A stretch of DNA of 40,920 nt from Candidatus Andersenbacteria bacterium RIFCSPHIGHO2_12_FULL_45_11b (GTDB lineage Bacteria > Patescibacteriota > Andersenbacteria > UBA10190), in assembly GCA_001817115.1 (NCBI GenBank), contig MHHS01000051.1, forward strand, positions 1-40,920, read 5' to 3'. Made by a program: the position numbers and the translations under genes. How positions within the stretch are numbered: the first letter of the stretch is position 1; every line of letters begins with the position of its first letter. The notes under the pieces were generated by a model. The model was not told where the DNA came from, ran no database searches, and saw only the letters and a program-made list of their open reading frames with translations. Below are positions 1 through 7,837 of this stretch, in pieces.

Positions 1-80
1 TTCTCTAAATTTGTTGAATTGTTGCAAATTGACTCCGTACGTTACGGAGTCTCATATGTTTCTGAACTTATGCAGAGTCA

Positions 81-989
81 CTACTTTATTTTAATACTAT
101 ATTTTTTTGCGAATGTTGGCAGAAGGCTCTCCTTGTGCTTTCGCAACCCTTCTATCCCTAAGTCTTGTTCATAATTAATGGACTCACATCCCTTATTACG
201 AAAAACTACTGCGAATGAATGCATTAAATATGCATACGCGCCAACTAAGGACACCGATGCCACTTTTTCAAAGTGCAACATCGCATAACCATTACGAAGA
301 TCCTCCCCTATTACAAACCCCTTCATTTTATCTTGAATATATAGCCCAATAATAGTGATGTTGGGAATATGCCCGCCATTTAAAAGCTTATCTATAGCGC
401 TCAGTTCTTTTAGATTTGGGTCTTCTCCCGTAGCCCCTCTTTCATCCATCCAATCTTTCGTTATAGAAAGTATCTCGAGCTTAATTTGAGAATCTTGAGT
501 ATCTAATATTTTTATTTCTGGCAGATACATTCTTTCGCACCTATTCATAAAATTTCTCTTTCCGCGTAATTTGTTTCCCTTAAAACCATCTATCTTTTCA
601 ACCGAAAGTATGTAATCAAAACCATCTCTATCCTCGTCTATCTGAAATTCTACTTGCTGATCGCTAACTTCTTTTATAACATCCTCTGGCAATAAACGAA
701 GCGTCGAATCAATACCAGCATCCTTTGCGTAATTCAAAAGAGTAGAAATTGTGCCAAGAACTTCATTTGTACCTAAAAACGAAAGAAACGGCTCTCCTGA
801 TATATAATCAATAAACATTACAACTAAATTGTCGTTCAAAAGACTTATTCTGAATCCATTGCCAATATCCCAACTCCACATACTCGTAAAATTGAAATCA
901 GAGTACGGCAGGAACTTTGACGTATATCCTATAATCTCCTTCCTATCTGTAATTTCGAGAGACTTAAATTCTGGGAATTTCGGAATCAT
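81..989 (-). CDS. DUF2156 / phosphatidylglycerol-lysyltransferase-domain protein (GNAT-like fold, putative aminoacyl-tRNA-dependent transferase)
   Basis: 302-aa ORF with SDFNFTSMWSW, DYI...GNKLRGKRNFMNR, HFEK and INYEQDLGIEGLRKHKESL motifs typical of DUF2156 proteins. Confidence 0.8.
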   Translation of the reverse strand: MIPKFPEFKSLEITDRKEIIGYTSKFLPYSDFNFTSMWSWDIGNGFRISLLNDNLVVMFIDYISGEPFLSFLGTNEVLGTISTLLNYAKDAGIDSTLRLLPEDVIKEVSDQQVEFQIDEDRDGFDYILSVEKIDGFKGNKLRGKRNFMNRCERMYLPEIKILDTQDSQIKLEILSITKDWMDERGATGEDPNLKELSAIDKLLNGGHIPNITIIGLYIQDKMKGFVIGEDLRNGYAMLHFEKVASVSLVGAYAYLMHSFAVVFRNKGCESINYEQDLGIEGLRKHKESLLPTFAKKYSIKIK

Positions 990-1088
990 CAGATTAATCT
1001 AATACAAAAGGAGTAAAAAGCGAATTTCAGCCTCGGTGAATTTAACACCTTTCCAACACAATCATTTTGGTGATTTTTGCGCCGAAAT
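863..1088. repeat. Direct repeat copy 1 (DUF2156 5' coding region plus upstream leader); partner at 17551-17776
   Basis: Same-orientation match at offset 16688. 999-1088 is identical to 17687-17776; 863-989 differs at 9 of 127 nt by manual count. Confidence 0.97.
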
Positions 1089-1140
1089 AATAGTATGGGT
1101 CATTTCCCAAAATGTTCTCTAGGCAATACAATTGCAGTAT

Positions 1141-1770
1141 ATGATATATATCAATTCTCGGACTATTGCAGAAGCTTGGCAAGATGCCTTAAAAGCTCTT
1201 TATGCACAAGGCAAGGTTGTTGAGAATAATGAAATATTCCGTGACTCCGTAATGGCTATTGAAGTTAACGATACAACCTCGGAACTTTTCGATGATCGAT
1301 TTCCAATGTCAAAGCAAGATGTAGAAACAATTAATCATTACTTAGTTACTGGCGAACGCGAAGATAAGGTTATTCATGATTGGACCAAGATTTATCGGAA
1401 GCGGCTTTTTGATAGCGCACCTAACCAAATTCAAAATATTATCGAATATCTTCGTAAAAAACCTACTGGGAAACGCGCTCAAGCATCCATATGGCAACAA
1501 GCCGTAGACTTAACAGGTACCATCGCTCCCTGCTTACAACTACTATGGTTTCAAATTGATGATGGTAAATTAGACATTCATGTTCACATGAGAGCTAGTG
1601 ATTGTTACGGAAAACTATTGATGAATATGAATGAATTCGTAGCACTGCAACAGTACATGGCTAATGAGTTGCAAGTTGAATCAGGAAAATATTACCACTT
1701 CATTGATACGTGTCATTTTAATAGCTCTGATAAGGAAAAGATTGAGAGTTTAGTAGCTGAATTGAAATAA
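1141..1770 (+). CDS. Thymidylate synthase (ThyA)-superfamily protein, short archaeal/phage-like form
   Basis: KRAQASIW, APCLQ (catalytic Cys), MRASDCYGKLLMN and HF at the substrate-binding His position. ATG 1141 lies 8 nt after TACAAT. Confidence 0.75.
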   Translation: MIYINSRTIAEAWQDALKALYAQGKVVENNEIFRDSVMAIEVNDTTSELFDDRFPMSKQDVETINHYLVTGEREDKVIHDWTKIYRKRLFDSAPNQIQNIIEYLRKKPTGKRAQASIWQQAVDLTGTIAPCLQLLWFQIDDGKLDIHVHMRASDCYGKLLMNMNEFVALQQYMANELQVESGKYYHFIDTCHFNSSDKEKIESLVAELK

Positions 1771-1824
1771 AAAAAAGCTTTGGACTTGTTCACGAGGTTT
1801 TTCTCGTTACTTAAATCCAAAGCT
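1771..1824 (-). terminator. Intrinsic terminator of the minus-strand ribA-pyrF-gmk-like operon
   Basis: AGCTTTGGA (1776-1784) / TCCAAAGCT (1816-1824) stem with an inner ACGAG/CTCGT stem; A-run on + gives a U-tract on -; between convergent genes. Confidence 0.65.
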
Positions 1825-1840
1825 GTTGAAAGTACATTTT

Positions 1841-2410
1841 CTATCCCCTTATCGCTTTCAGATAAGGAGAATAGATCGATTGAGCAATCTGCGACACCTG
1901 ATTATCGTGAGCAATAACACTCAAATCAAACAGATGATCATATGCTCCATTTTGAAAATCTGCTAGTTCTTGTAAGGCAGCTCGTAAGCGACTGCCCGTA
2001 GGATCCCGTTCATCTTGTCCGAGTCGAATCCGGAGAACTTCCTCAGACGGCGGAATGAGATAAATTACAAACAGCCGATCTGGAAAAGCCTGGGTCATAA
2101 CATCCATACGGCTAATTGGCCAGTCCAATAGCGGAAAGCTCCCGCTGTCAAACGCCTCAATAATTGGCGTAAGTGGCGTGGCGTAACGAATTCCGTACAG
2201 ATCATTAATGACCAGAAATTCACCACGACTATCCATTTCGTCCATCCGTGCTTCACTTAACGGTATTTTATCTGCCTCTCCCTCCCGCAGCTTGCGAGTT
2301 ATATACGGAGAGATATAAACAAACCGACCGTCGAGCTTTCTCAGTTCACGAATAACTGTGCTTTTCCCTGTGCCGGATGGACCCAGCAAGAGAAGAAACT
2401 TACTTGCCAC
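1841..2410 (-). CDS. Guanylate-kinase-like nucleoside monophosphate kinase (divergent)
   Basis: P-loop GPSGTGKST, ITRKLREGE, GEFL, YGIRYAT and PPSEEVLRIRL follow the Gmk layout. Confidence 0.8.
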   Translation of the reverse strand: MASKFLLLLGPSGTGKSTVIRELRKLDGRFVYISPYITRKLREGEADKIPLSEARMDEMDSRGEFLVINDLYGIRYATPLTPIIEAFDSGSFPLLDWPISRMDVMTQAFPDRLFVIYLIPPSEEVLRIRLGQDERDPTGSRLRAALQELADFQNGAYDHLFDLSVIAHDNQVSQIAQSIYSPYLKAIRG

Positions 2411-2413
2411 TCA

Positions 2414-3256
2414 TCATCTCCTTTGCTCGTTAAGTTTAGCTTTCAGTTCAATCGCGACATTCCGTATTGCCTCCCCCCAAGGAATCCCAATGGGATTATC
2501 TGGGTAAAGAACGGCACGCGAAGAATTAACAAACACTCCACTTTTCTGAGAGTTAAGTAAGGAGCGCAAATCGGCATAACTACCTCCTTGCGCTCCAACA
2601 CCAGCCAACAGAATAGGCGTGTTATCTGGAATGGTCGTCCGCACTGCTGCGAGGTCCATTCCAGCTGTCGCTGAAAGTACTACCACCATATTACCGTTAG
2701 TACTCCAGCGATTCACCACCAGGTCAAGAATGTGTTGCCACAATGCTCGACCATCGATCATGAGCGCGTCCTGCACAATCGAACTACCTGGGTTACTGGT
2801 TCGGACCAGAACTACCACAAGCTTATCGGACAGCTTCGCTACGGGCTGAAGAACATCGTCTCCCATATAGGGATTAACAACGATGCCATCCGCACCCATA
2901 GCATCCAGGATATTCTCAATGTAAGCTGCCATCGTGTTGTCGATGTCGCCGACTTTGCAGTCAACTATCACAGGTATCCCCGCATAATTTGTGTGGGTAT
3001 ACGCAATGATACTTTTCAATACATCGTGACCACCTGGCAGTAGATCAAAGAATGCCTTTTGGACTTTATACGCACAGACATGCTCTGCTGTCACATCAAC
3101 CACGCCTTGCAAAAATTGCAGGGTTTTTTCTTCGTCAGTTCCTTTCTGAGAAAAAACCTCCGCCGGAAGCCGATGGAGATCCGGGTCAAGACCGCAACAA
3201 AGTAACGTATTATGCTGAATCATTCGTTGATACAGCATTTCTTTTGCCGTAGCCAT
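2414..3256 (-). CDS. pyrF: Orotidine-5'-phosphate decarboxylase (subfamily 2)
   Basis: LCCGLDP, AYK, DCKVGDIDNT (DxKxxDIxxT), VNPYMG, RTSNP, GVGAQGG, NSSR. Start moved to ATG 3256, downstream of AAGGAGG. Confidence 0.92.
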   Translation of the reverse strand: MATAKEMLYQRMIQHNTLLCCGLDPDLHRLPAEVFSQKGTDEEKTLQFLQGVVDVTAEHVCAYKVQKAFFDLLPGGHDVLKSIIAYTHTNYAGIPVIVDCKVGDIDNTMAAYIENILDAMGADGIVVNPYMGDDVLQPVAKLSDKLVVVLVRTSNPGSSIVQDALMIDGRALWQHILDLVVNRWSTNGNMVVVLSATAGMDLAAVRTTIPDNTPILLAGVGAQGGSYADLRSLLNSQKSGVFVNSSRAVLYPDNPIGIPWGEAIRNVAIELKAKLNEQRR

Positions 3257-3260
3257 GAGA

Positions 3261-4079
3261 TTAGTCATCCTCCTTTGCTTTTTGATTAGCAACTAGATTG
3301 ATATGGCCAAGGTGCTGCTGTTTAGCCAGTAAGTGTCGCAGTGTGTCCGCTGTAGGAGCCACTATAATGGGCTCTAAATCACCAGCAACGTAGCCATTAC
3401 CCTGAAAAATTTCCGCCTTCTTGGGATTGTTAGTCGCCAGATTAATCTGGCATACCGCTGGAATCTCAAAAAACTTGAGAATACAGATTACACCAGCGTA
3501 CGTTCTAACATCAATGACACCGCCTGGGGCCAGTAAAGAAGCAGACTCAACGGTATCAAGCTTAAGTTCATCTTGTAACCACATTGTTGCCAATTTGAAA
3601 GGCAATCCCATACCACGACCATCTTGTCGTGGAATATGAACGATCATGCCCTCACCAATTTCATCCAGCTTTTTCATTGCTAGAAGAAGTTGTTCGGAGC
3701 ATTCGCAGGAGCAGTCACCGAACACTTGACCCGTCTCACAACCAGAATCCGTACGCAGAACCAACTGTTCTTTGTTTTGGAAAACAGGCATGAACTCGGC
3801 GTTAAGCTGAGCTCGTACGATCACCGAATATTTAATCCAGTGATCGTCGATAGCAAAATCGAATTGCCAAAACTTGCCGCTTTTAGTGTTAAGAACACCA
3901 ATACCGCGACGTTCAACTGCATACCAGCGACTTGATCCATTTTCATGAACTAAGATGCGCTTAGTCAGTGGTTTCATTGCTTGCTTGATGGCAGCAACGA
4001 ATTGTTCAACTTCTTCGAGAGACATGCCATTACGAACGGCAATCTCGCTTAGATCAACTAGTGATCCGAACGATGGCAT
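3261..4079 (-). CDS. GTP cyclohydrolase II (RibA)-like protein with N-terminal extension
   Basis: RTDSGCETGQVFGDCSCEC (Zn-binding Cys), RQDGRGMGL, LQD..LDTVES, DVRTY, TNNPKK. Confidence 0.88.
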   Translation of the reverse strand: MPSFGSLVDLSEIAVRNGMSLEEVEQFVAAIKQAMKPLTKRILVHENGSSRWYAVERRGIGVLNTKSGKFWQFDFAIDDHWIKYSVIVRAQLNAEFMPVFQNKEQLVLRTDSGCETGQVFGDCSCECSEQLLLAMKKLDEIGEGMIVHIPRQDGRGMGLPFKLATMWLQDELKLDTVESASLLAPGGVIDVRTYAGVICILKFFEIPAVCQINLATNNPKKAEIFQGNGYVAGDLEPIIVAPTADTLRHLLAKQQHLGHINLVANQKAKEDD

Positions 4080-4083
4080 AATA

Positions 4084-4479
4084 TTACTCCTTGTTTGTAG
4101 TGTCTGGTGGAGGTGTATACGTTCCGTCGCTTTTCTTCTTCGCGATAAGACCGTGTCGAAGGTTATAAGCTAACCGACCATCGTCATATTTCATAGGACT
4201 ACCGAGTACGACACCGCAAGAAGAGCAGACGAGATTAGTCATGTTCTTCGTCTCTACAATATCAGCCCGGTCTTGGAGCTGAGCCAATACAGGAGGTGCA
4301 AAGATGCGATTTAAGTAAAGCCGAAGGACTCTACCGGGACCATCCTTTTGATACAGCAAAATCCATGTGTTGCAGGCTGCGCAAGAGATGTCCAGAAACT
4401 TTGCAGACCCTCCACGCACCTTGCGATACCGATCGTTCTTGAGAGTAAACTGTTGAGTTGGCTGCTTTTCTTCAAGCAT
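4084..4479 (-). CDS. Hypothetical zinc-ribbon protein, first gene of the ribA-like operon
   Basis: 131 aa with two CxxC pairs (CAAC, CSSC) and a YQKDGPG segment; AAAAGGA upstream; 4-nt gap to the next gene. Confidence 0.75.
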   Translation of the reverse strand: MLEEKQPTQQFTLKNDRYRKVRGGSAKFLDISCAACNTWILLYQKDGPGRVLRLYLNRIFAPPVLAQLQDRADIVETKNMTNLVCSSCGVVLGSPMKYDDGRLAYNLRHGLIAKKKSDGTYTPPPDTTNKE

Positions 4480-4626
4480 AAGGAATCCTTTTAATTATCA
4501 AAGGGCTGCCCAGAACTTACTATGAAAATATAGTAAGACTATTATTCGTACTACATAATCGATAGGAAGTCAATAAATTCGCCACCATCAATCCTTACTG
4601 TGAATTATAGGTTATATTACTAGCAG

Positions 4627-5079
4627 ATGAACAAAGCTACTTTATACATTATCAATACCTCTCGATTCTTCGGGGACTTTACGCCAATTGTTCCGTATAT
4701 GGCGCTTTTTTTCATACAGCACAATATTTCTGTTTCGCAAATTTCTCTTTTATTCTTGCTATGGGCGTTAAGCATTCTCGTGTTTGAAATCCCGACAGGA
4801 ATGCTTGCGGATAAAGTAAATAGAAAAACAATTCTTATTGCATCTCGCGTACTCAAACTTTGCTGCTTTGCTGTTTGGCTAGCATGGCCAAGTTTTGCAG
4901 GATTCGCGGTCGGGTTTATTTTATGGGGCATTGCAACCGCATTGGATTCTGGTGCGTTTCAAGCATTTTTATATGACCACTTGCACGACCATAATGCTCG
5001 TAAACTATTCTGCCGTCCAACGAATAATTTCTGCATTAGAAACATCCACCGCACCTTTAATAAACATGTGTGGAATTAG
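4627..5079 (+). pseudogene. Truncated MFS transporter (N-terminal part only)
   Basis: FEIPTGMLADKVNRK (MFS motif A region) and SGAFQAFLYD; membrane-protein character stops near 5000, where the ORF runs into the convergent gene. Confidence 0.75.
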
Positions 5080-5550
5080 ATGAAACAAAAATGGCTTTTC
5101 GCCTTTTTGGGCAACTTCTTCGTAGTATTCAATAGTATTTGGAGGAACCTCGCTTAGCTCTTGATATTTTTCCGGATCGACCAACGCAACGTCTTGTGCA
5201 TGTATCCCAAAATCACCCTCGCTAGTTCCAGGATAAGAATACCACACCATAGGAAGATGTTTTACATCATTAATCGGAATCTTGTACCAGAGTTTTTCTG
5301 GATCTGGACTAAGCCCCGCTAAAATCATCGCTTCAAATACTTTCGAAGGCTCAATAGGCGCTACAAAAATAACATCGTTCCAAGAACAGTTTAAAACCGG
5401 AATCTTTTGTTGTGCCAACCCTTCTCGGCCAACATACTTCTCATTCTCTTGCGCAAATATCGCCGGGTACTTTCCCTTCAAGCTACTAAGGGGATATAGG
5501 ACTACCCCCTGCATTGCAGATGGTTTTTGATGGTAAAGATATTGCATCAC
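5005..5550 (-). CDS. Hypothetical protein
   Basis: 181-aa ORF with globular composition; TATACT just upstream of GTG/ATG. Confidence 0.75.
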   Translation of the reverse strand: MMQYLYHQKPSAMQGVVLYPLSSLKGKYPAIFAQENEKYVGREGLAQQKIPVLNCSWNDVIFVAPIEPSKVFEAMILAGLSPDPEKLWYKIPINDVKHLPMVWYSYPGTSEGDFGIHAQDVALVDPEKYQELSEVPPNTIEYYEEVAQKGEKPFLFHLIPHMFIKGAVDVSNAEIIRWTAE

Positions 5551-5674
5551 AATACAGTATAACCCTTGCAGTGTTGTCGCAAGTCGAGCAATTCAACCAG
5601 CAGATCAAGCAGCGGAAAAGATTTGCAATACGGTAGGCCATTAAACATGCGTTTACTACCCCACTTGCCCATCT

Positions 5675-5699
5675 ACCACGTTCTCGGACGTGGTCTTTT
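5675..5699 (+). terminator. Terminator-like hairpin with no upstream plus-strand gene
   Basis: ACCACGTT-CTCG-GACGTGGT then CTTTT; near-copy at 7620-7644. Confidence 0.5.
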
Positions 5700-5752
5700 A
5701 CTATTACACGGGACGTTAGAACTATTTTTAAGGGGTTGAATGATACAACGAT

Positions 5753-6511
5753 TTATATTCCAGACTTTTTATAAAGTTCTGAAATATTCGTAAATTCCTT
5801 TTTCTGCTCGATTTCTTCTGTAACGATGTCCCCATTTCGATTATATACTTTATATGCTTTCGCATGAGGTTTTGAAGTAATGACGCGATATGTATTGCCC
5901 ACAAATTCGATAGCGCACCCATCATCAACCCCTATACCAAATCCGCCTATTTTTCGAATCATGTCTTCAAAGTTTTTTCTTCGTTTCACTCCGAGCGTTT
6001 CACTGTCAAAGTGTGGGCAATGGATACCTTTTAAAAACCCCAAGCCAGTAACATTTGTATATATCCATTTTTCATCATCATAAAAAGACATTGAATCGCT
6101 ATGCCCAGATTCATACCAGCATATAGACCCCGCGCTTAAACCGCTTAAAATAATTCCTCGTTCCCATGCTTTTTTCAAAACCTTGTCCACTCCAAGTAAT
6201 CGCCAACGCTTCATCATCTTGAGCGTATTACCTCCGCCCACATATATAATGTCAGTATTAAGAATTTTGCTTTCTATCTCTGCCCTAGATAGCTTCCCGT
6301 TAGCAAGCAATAAAACGTCTGTCTTACAACCAAGCTGTTTGCCAAAATATTTTTGTATACCTTCCCAATATCCTTGCGCATCACCACTCGCAGTGGGAAT
6401 AAACAACAATTTCGGATGCTTTTTGCCAGAAAGTCGAATAATCTCCTTATCAATGACAAGAGTTTCTTTTTCGTCAATTTCCCCTCCGCCGATTGTTACT
6501 ATTTTCTTCAT
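5753..6511 (-). CDS. Peptidase E / S51-family (class I glutamine-amidotransferase-like) peptidase
   Basis: IVTIGGG, LFIPTAS, YVGGGNT, GLSAGSIC (nucleophile Ser), CPHFD, GVDDG. Start reassigned to ATG 6511. Confidence 0.88.
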   Translation of the reverse strand: MKKIVTIGGGEIDEKETLVIDKEIIRLSGKKHPKLLFIPTASGDAQGYWEGIQKYFGKQLGCKTDVLLLANGKLSRAEIESKILNTDIIYVGGGNTLKMMKRWRLLGVDKVLKKAWERGIILSGLSAGSICWYESGHSDSMSFYDDEKWIYTNVTGLGFLKGIHCPHFDSETLGVKRRKNFEDMIRKIGGFGIGVDDGCAIEFVGNTYRVITSKPHAKAYKVYNRNGDIVTEEIEQKKEFTNISELYKKSGI

Positions 6512-6578
6512 GCGATAATCGTAATTGAGTTTTGTAGCTTCGTCGAATATGGGTAGAACTTCAAAAATAGCAAAAGAA

Positions 6579-7031
6579 TTACATTGAGAGCACATCCCCA
6601 TGCCTCTTTCCCGGCACCACTACAAGCTTTGCGTGCAGCTTTCGTGCAATGATCTCCGCAGTCTTCTTCATAGCGGGAATTTCAAACTCCCCAACGTAAA
6701 CCGTAACCGCACAAGTAACTGTGGGGATAGGCCCTATCTCCTTGTATCGCTTCTTTCCAATGAGCCGAAGAAAGCTTTTTCCAGCCAGTTGTACTGTTTC
6801 TGTAAAAATTGGCGAAGGAGAGTATAGGTGAAGCTCTTTCGGAGGGTTCTTTTCCGCCACTATCAAAGCTATCGCTGCGCCAATAGAGTGCCCGGTTACA
6901 ATATCTTTGCTTGTAAGGTGAACCTTGTCGCACCAGTCTTGTATCGTATTATGTTTCCACGTCAAATTAACCGAAATGACTCTCTTCGGTAATTTATATT
7001 CTTTCGTATCTAATGCAATGAATAGTTTCAT
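6579..7031 (-). CDS. Minimal alpha/beta-hydrolase-fold protein
   Basis: GHSIG nucleophile elbow, LYSPSP, VYVGEFE, C-terminal VPGKRH. Confidence 0.7.
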   Translation of the reverse strand: MKLFIALDTKEYKLPKRVISVNLTWKHNTIQDWCDKVHLTSKDIVTGHSIGAAIALIVAEKNPPKELHLYSPSPIFTETVQLAGKSFLRLIGKKRYKEIGPIPTVTCAVTVYVGEFEIPAMKKTAEIIARKLHAKLVVVPGKRHGDVLSM

Positions 7032-7059
7032 AAAAAAGAGCGGTTTTGGTGAGACCGCC
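7032..7059 (-). terminator. Intrinsic terminator after the SMR-like gene
   Basis: Minus strand GGCGGT-CTCACCAAA-ACCGCT-CTTTTTT. Confidence 0.6.
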
Positions 7060-7104
7060 GAACTCCTGACGTTTATACGTCGAACTCTCCGTTCTTACAT
7101 CTGC

Positions 7105-7437
7105 TCATCCAGTGTGCATGAGCACTAGCGCAAAGACCGCAAGCGCTACCCCTGCCCATTTCTGCGTCGACATATGATCGTCAAACATAACGGGGCCAAC
7201 CACAAGAGCAACGGCGCAGTTCGCGAGCAGAAAGAGAATAACGCAATCTGCGAGCATTCCCTTCTTCAGCATTACGGTGAACAGCACAAGCGCCAGTATC
7301 CAACAAGCGTACCCTCCCAACAGATAAATCGGCTTGTGGCTGACCTTTGCCCAGTGGTTCAGGAGGATATCTCCAGTACCGCCCACCAGCCCAGAAGCCA
7401 ATGCCAATACATACAGCATGACATGCGCGCGATCCAT
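7105..7437 (-). CDS. Small multidrug resistance (SMR/DMT)-type membrane protein
   Basis: 110 aa, four hydrophobic segments, acidic residue in TM1 (GDILL), C-terminal KWAGVALAV; SD GAAGGAG before ATG 7437. Confidence 0.75.
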   Translation of the reverse strand: MDRAHVMLYVLALASGLVGGTGDILLNHWAKVSHKPIYLLGGYACWILALVLFTVMLKKGMLADCVILFLLANCAVALVVGPVMFDDHMSTQKWAGVALAVFALVLMHTG

Positions 7438-7511
7438 GAAAATCTCCTTCGTATACGGTGTTTTTGAGGCACTTCGCCTCAACCAATAGAGCTGTAAAGA
7501 ACACTTGCATT

Positions 7512-7539
7512 ATTATACATAATGTGGTGAAAAAGTCAA
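7512..7539 (-). promoter_or_regulatory. Sigma70-type promoter for the SMR-like gene
   Basis: TTGACT-16 nt-TATAAT on the minus strand. Confidence 0.6.
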
Positions 7540-7619
7540 ATATGGTAGCAGGGGCGATGCCATTTACAGTAACACGAAACGTGTTCGTATCGATTCTCCT
7601 GTTCCCTATCAACCCTACA

Positions 7620-7644
7620 CCACGTTCTCACGAACGTGGCTTTT
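7620..7644 (+). terminator. Terminator-like hairpin, related to 5675-5699
   Basis: CCACGTTC-TCAC-GAACGTGG-CTTTT. Confidence 0.55.
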
Positions 7645-7713
7645 GTCAGAAAAAGCTCCCCCCATTCTTGAATACTCGAAGTTGCCACCTATGCGGTCAT
7701 CTTGTACAGAAAT

Positions 7714-7742
7714 TTGCATTATTTTTATAGAACAGCTATACT
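7714..7742 (+). promoter_or_regulatory. Sigma70-type promoter for the PheRS-like gene
   Basis: TTGCAT-17 nt-TATACT. Confidence 0.6.
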
Positions 7743-7837
7743 AATAAGTCAAGAAAAATACCTTGGCTACGGGCAATAAAATCCGTACCTTCTGTTTCTA
7801 AAAGTACCTTCACAATCAATTAAAAGGACACCGAATC

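Noticed and set aside
31-51. Hairpin GACTCCGTA-CGT-TACGGAGTC as a repeat or mobile-element end
   Set aside because: Single copy just downstream of the DUF2156 stop; most simply a terminator-like stem, and context is cut by the window edge.
1024-1088. Resemblance of the leader (AAAGGUGUUAAAUUC, CUGAAA) to SAM-I, FMN or cobalamin riboswitch segments
   Set aside because: Only short fragments match; the other conserved core elements and the length of those aptamers are missing.
1141-1770. dCMP hydroxymethylase assignment
   Set aside because: The specificity position holds Asn (LLMN), as in dUMP-acting enzymes, not the Asp of dCMP-acting enzymes.
7438-7540. Guanidine or fluoride riboswitch upstream of the SMR-like gene
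   Set aside because: No twin ACGR hairpins or ykkC/crcB consensus; only a single TTGAGGC/GCCTCAA hairpin is present.
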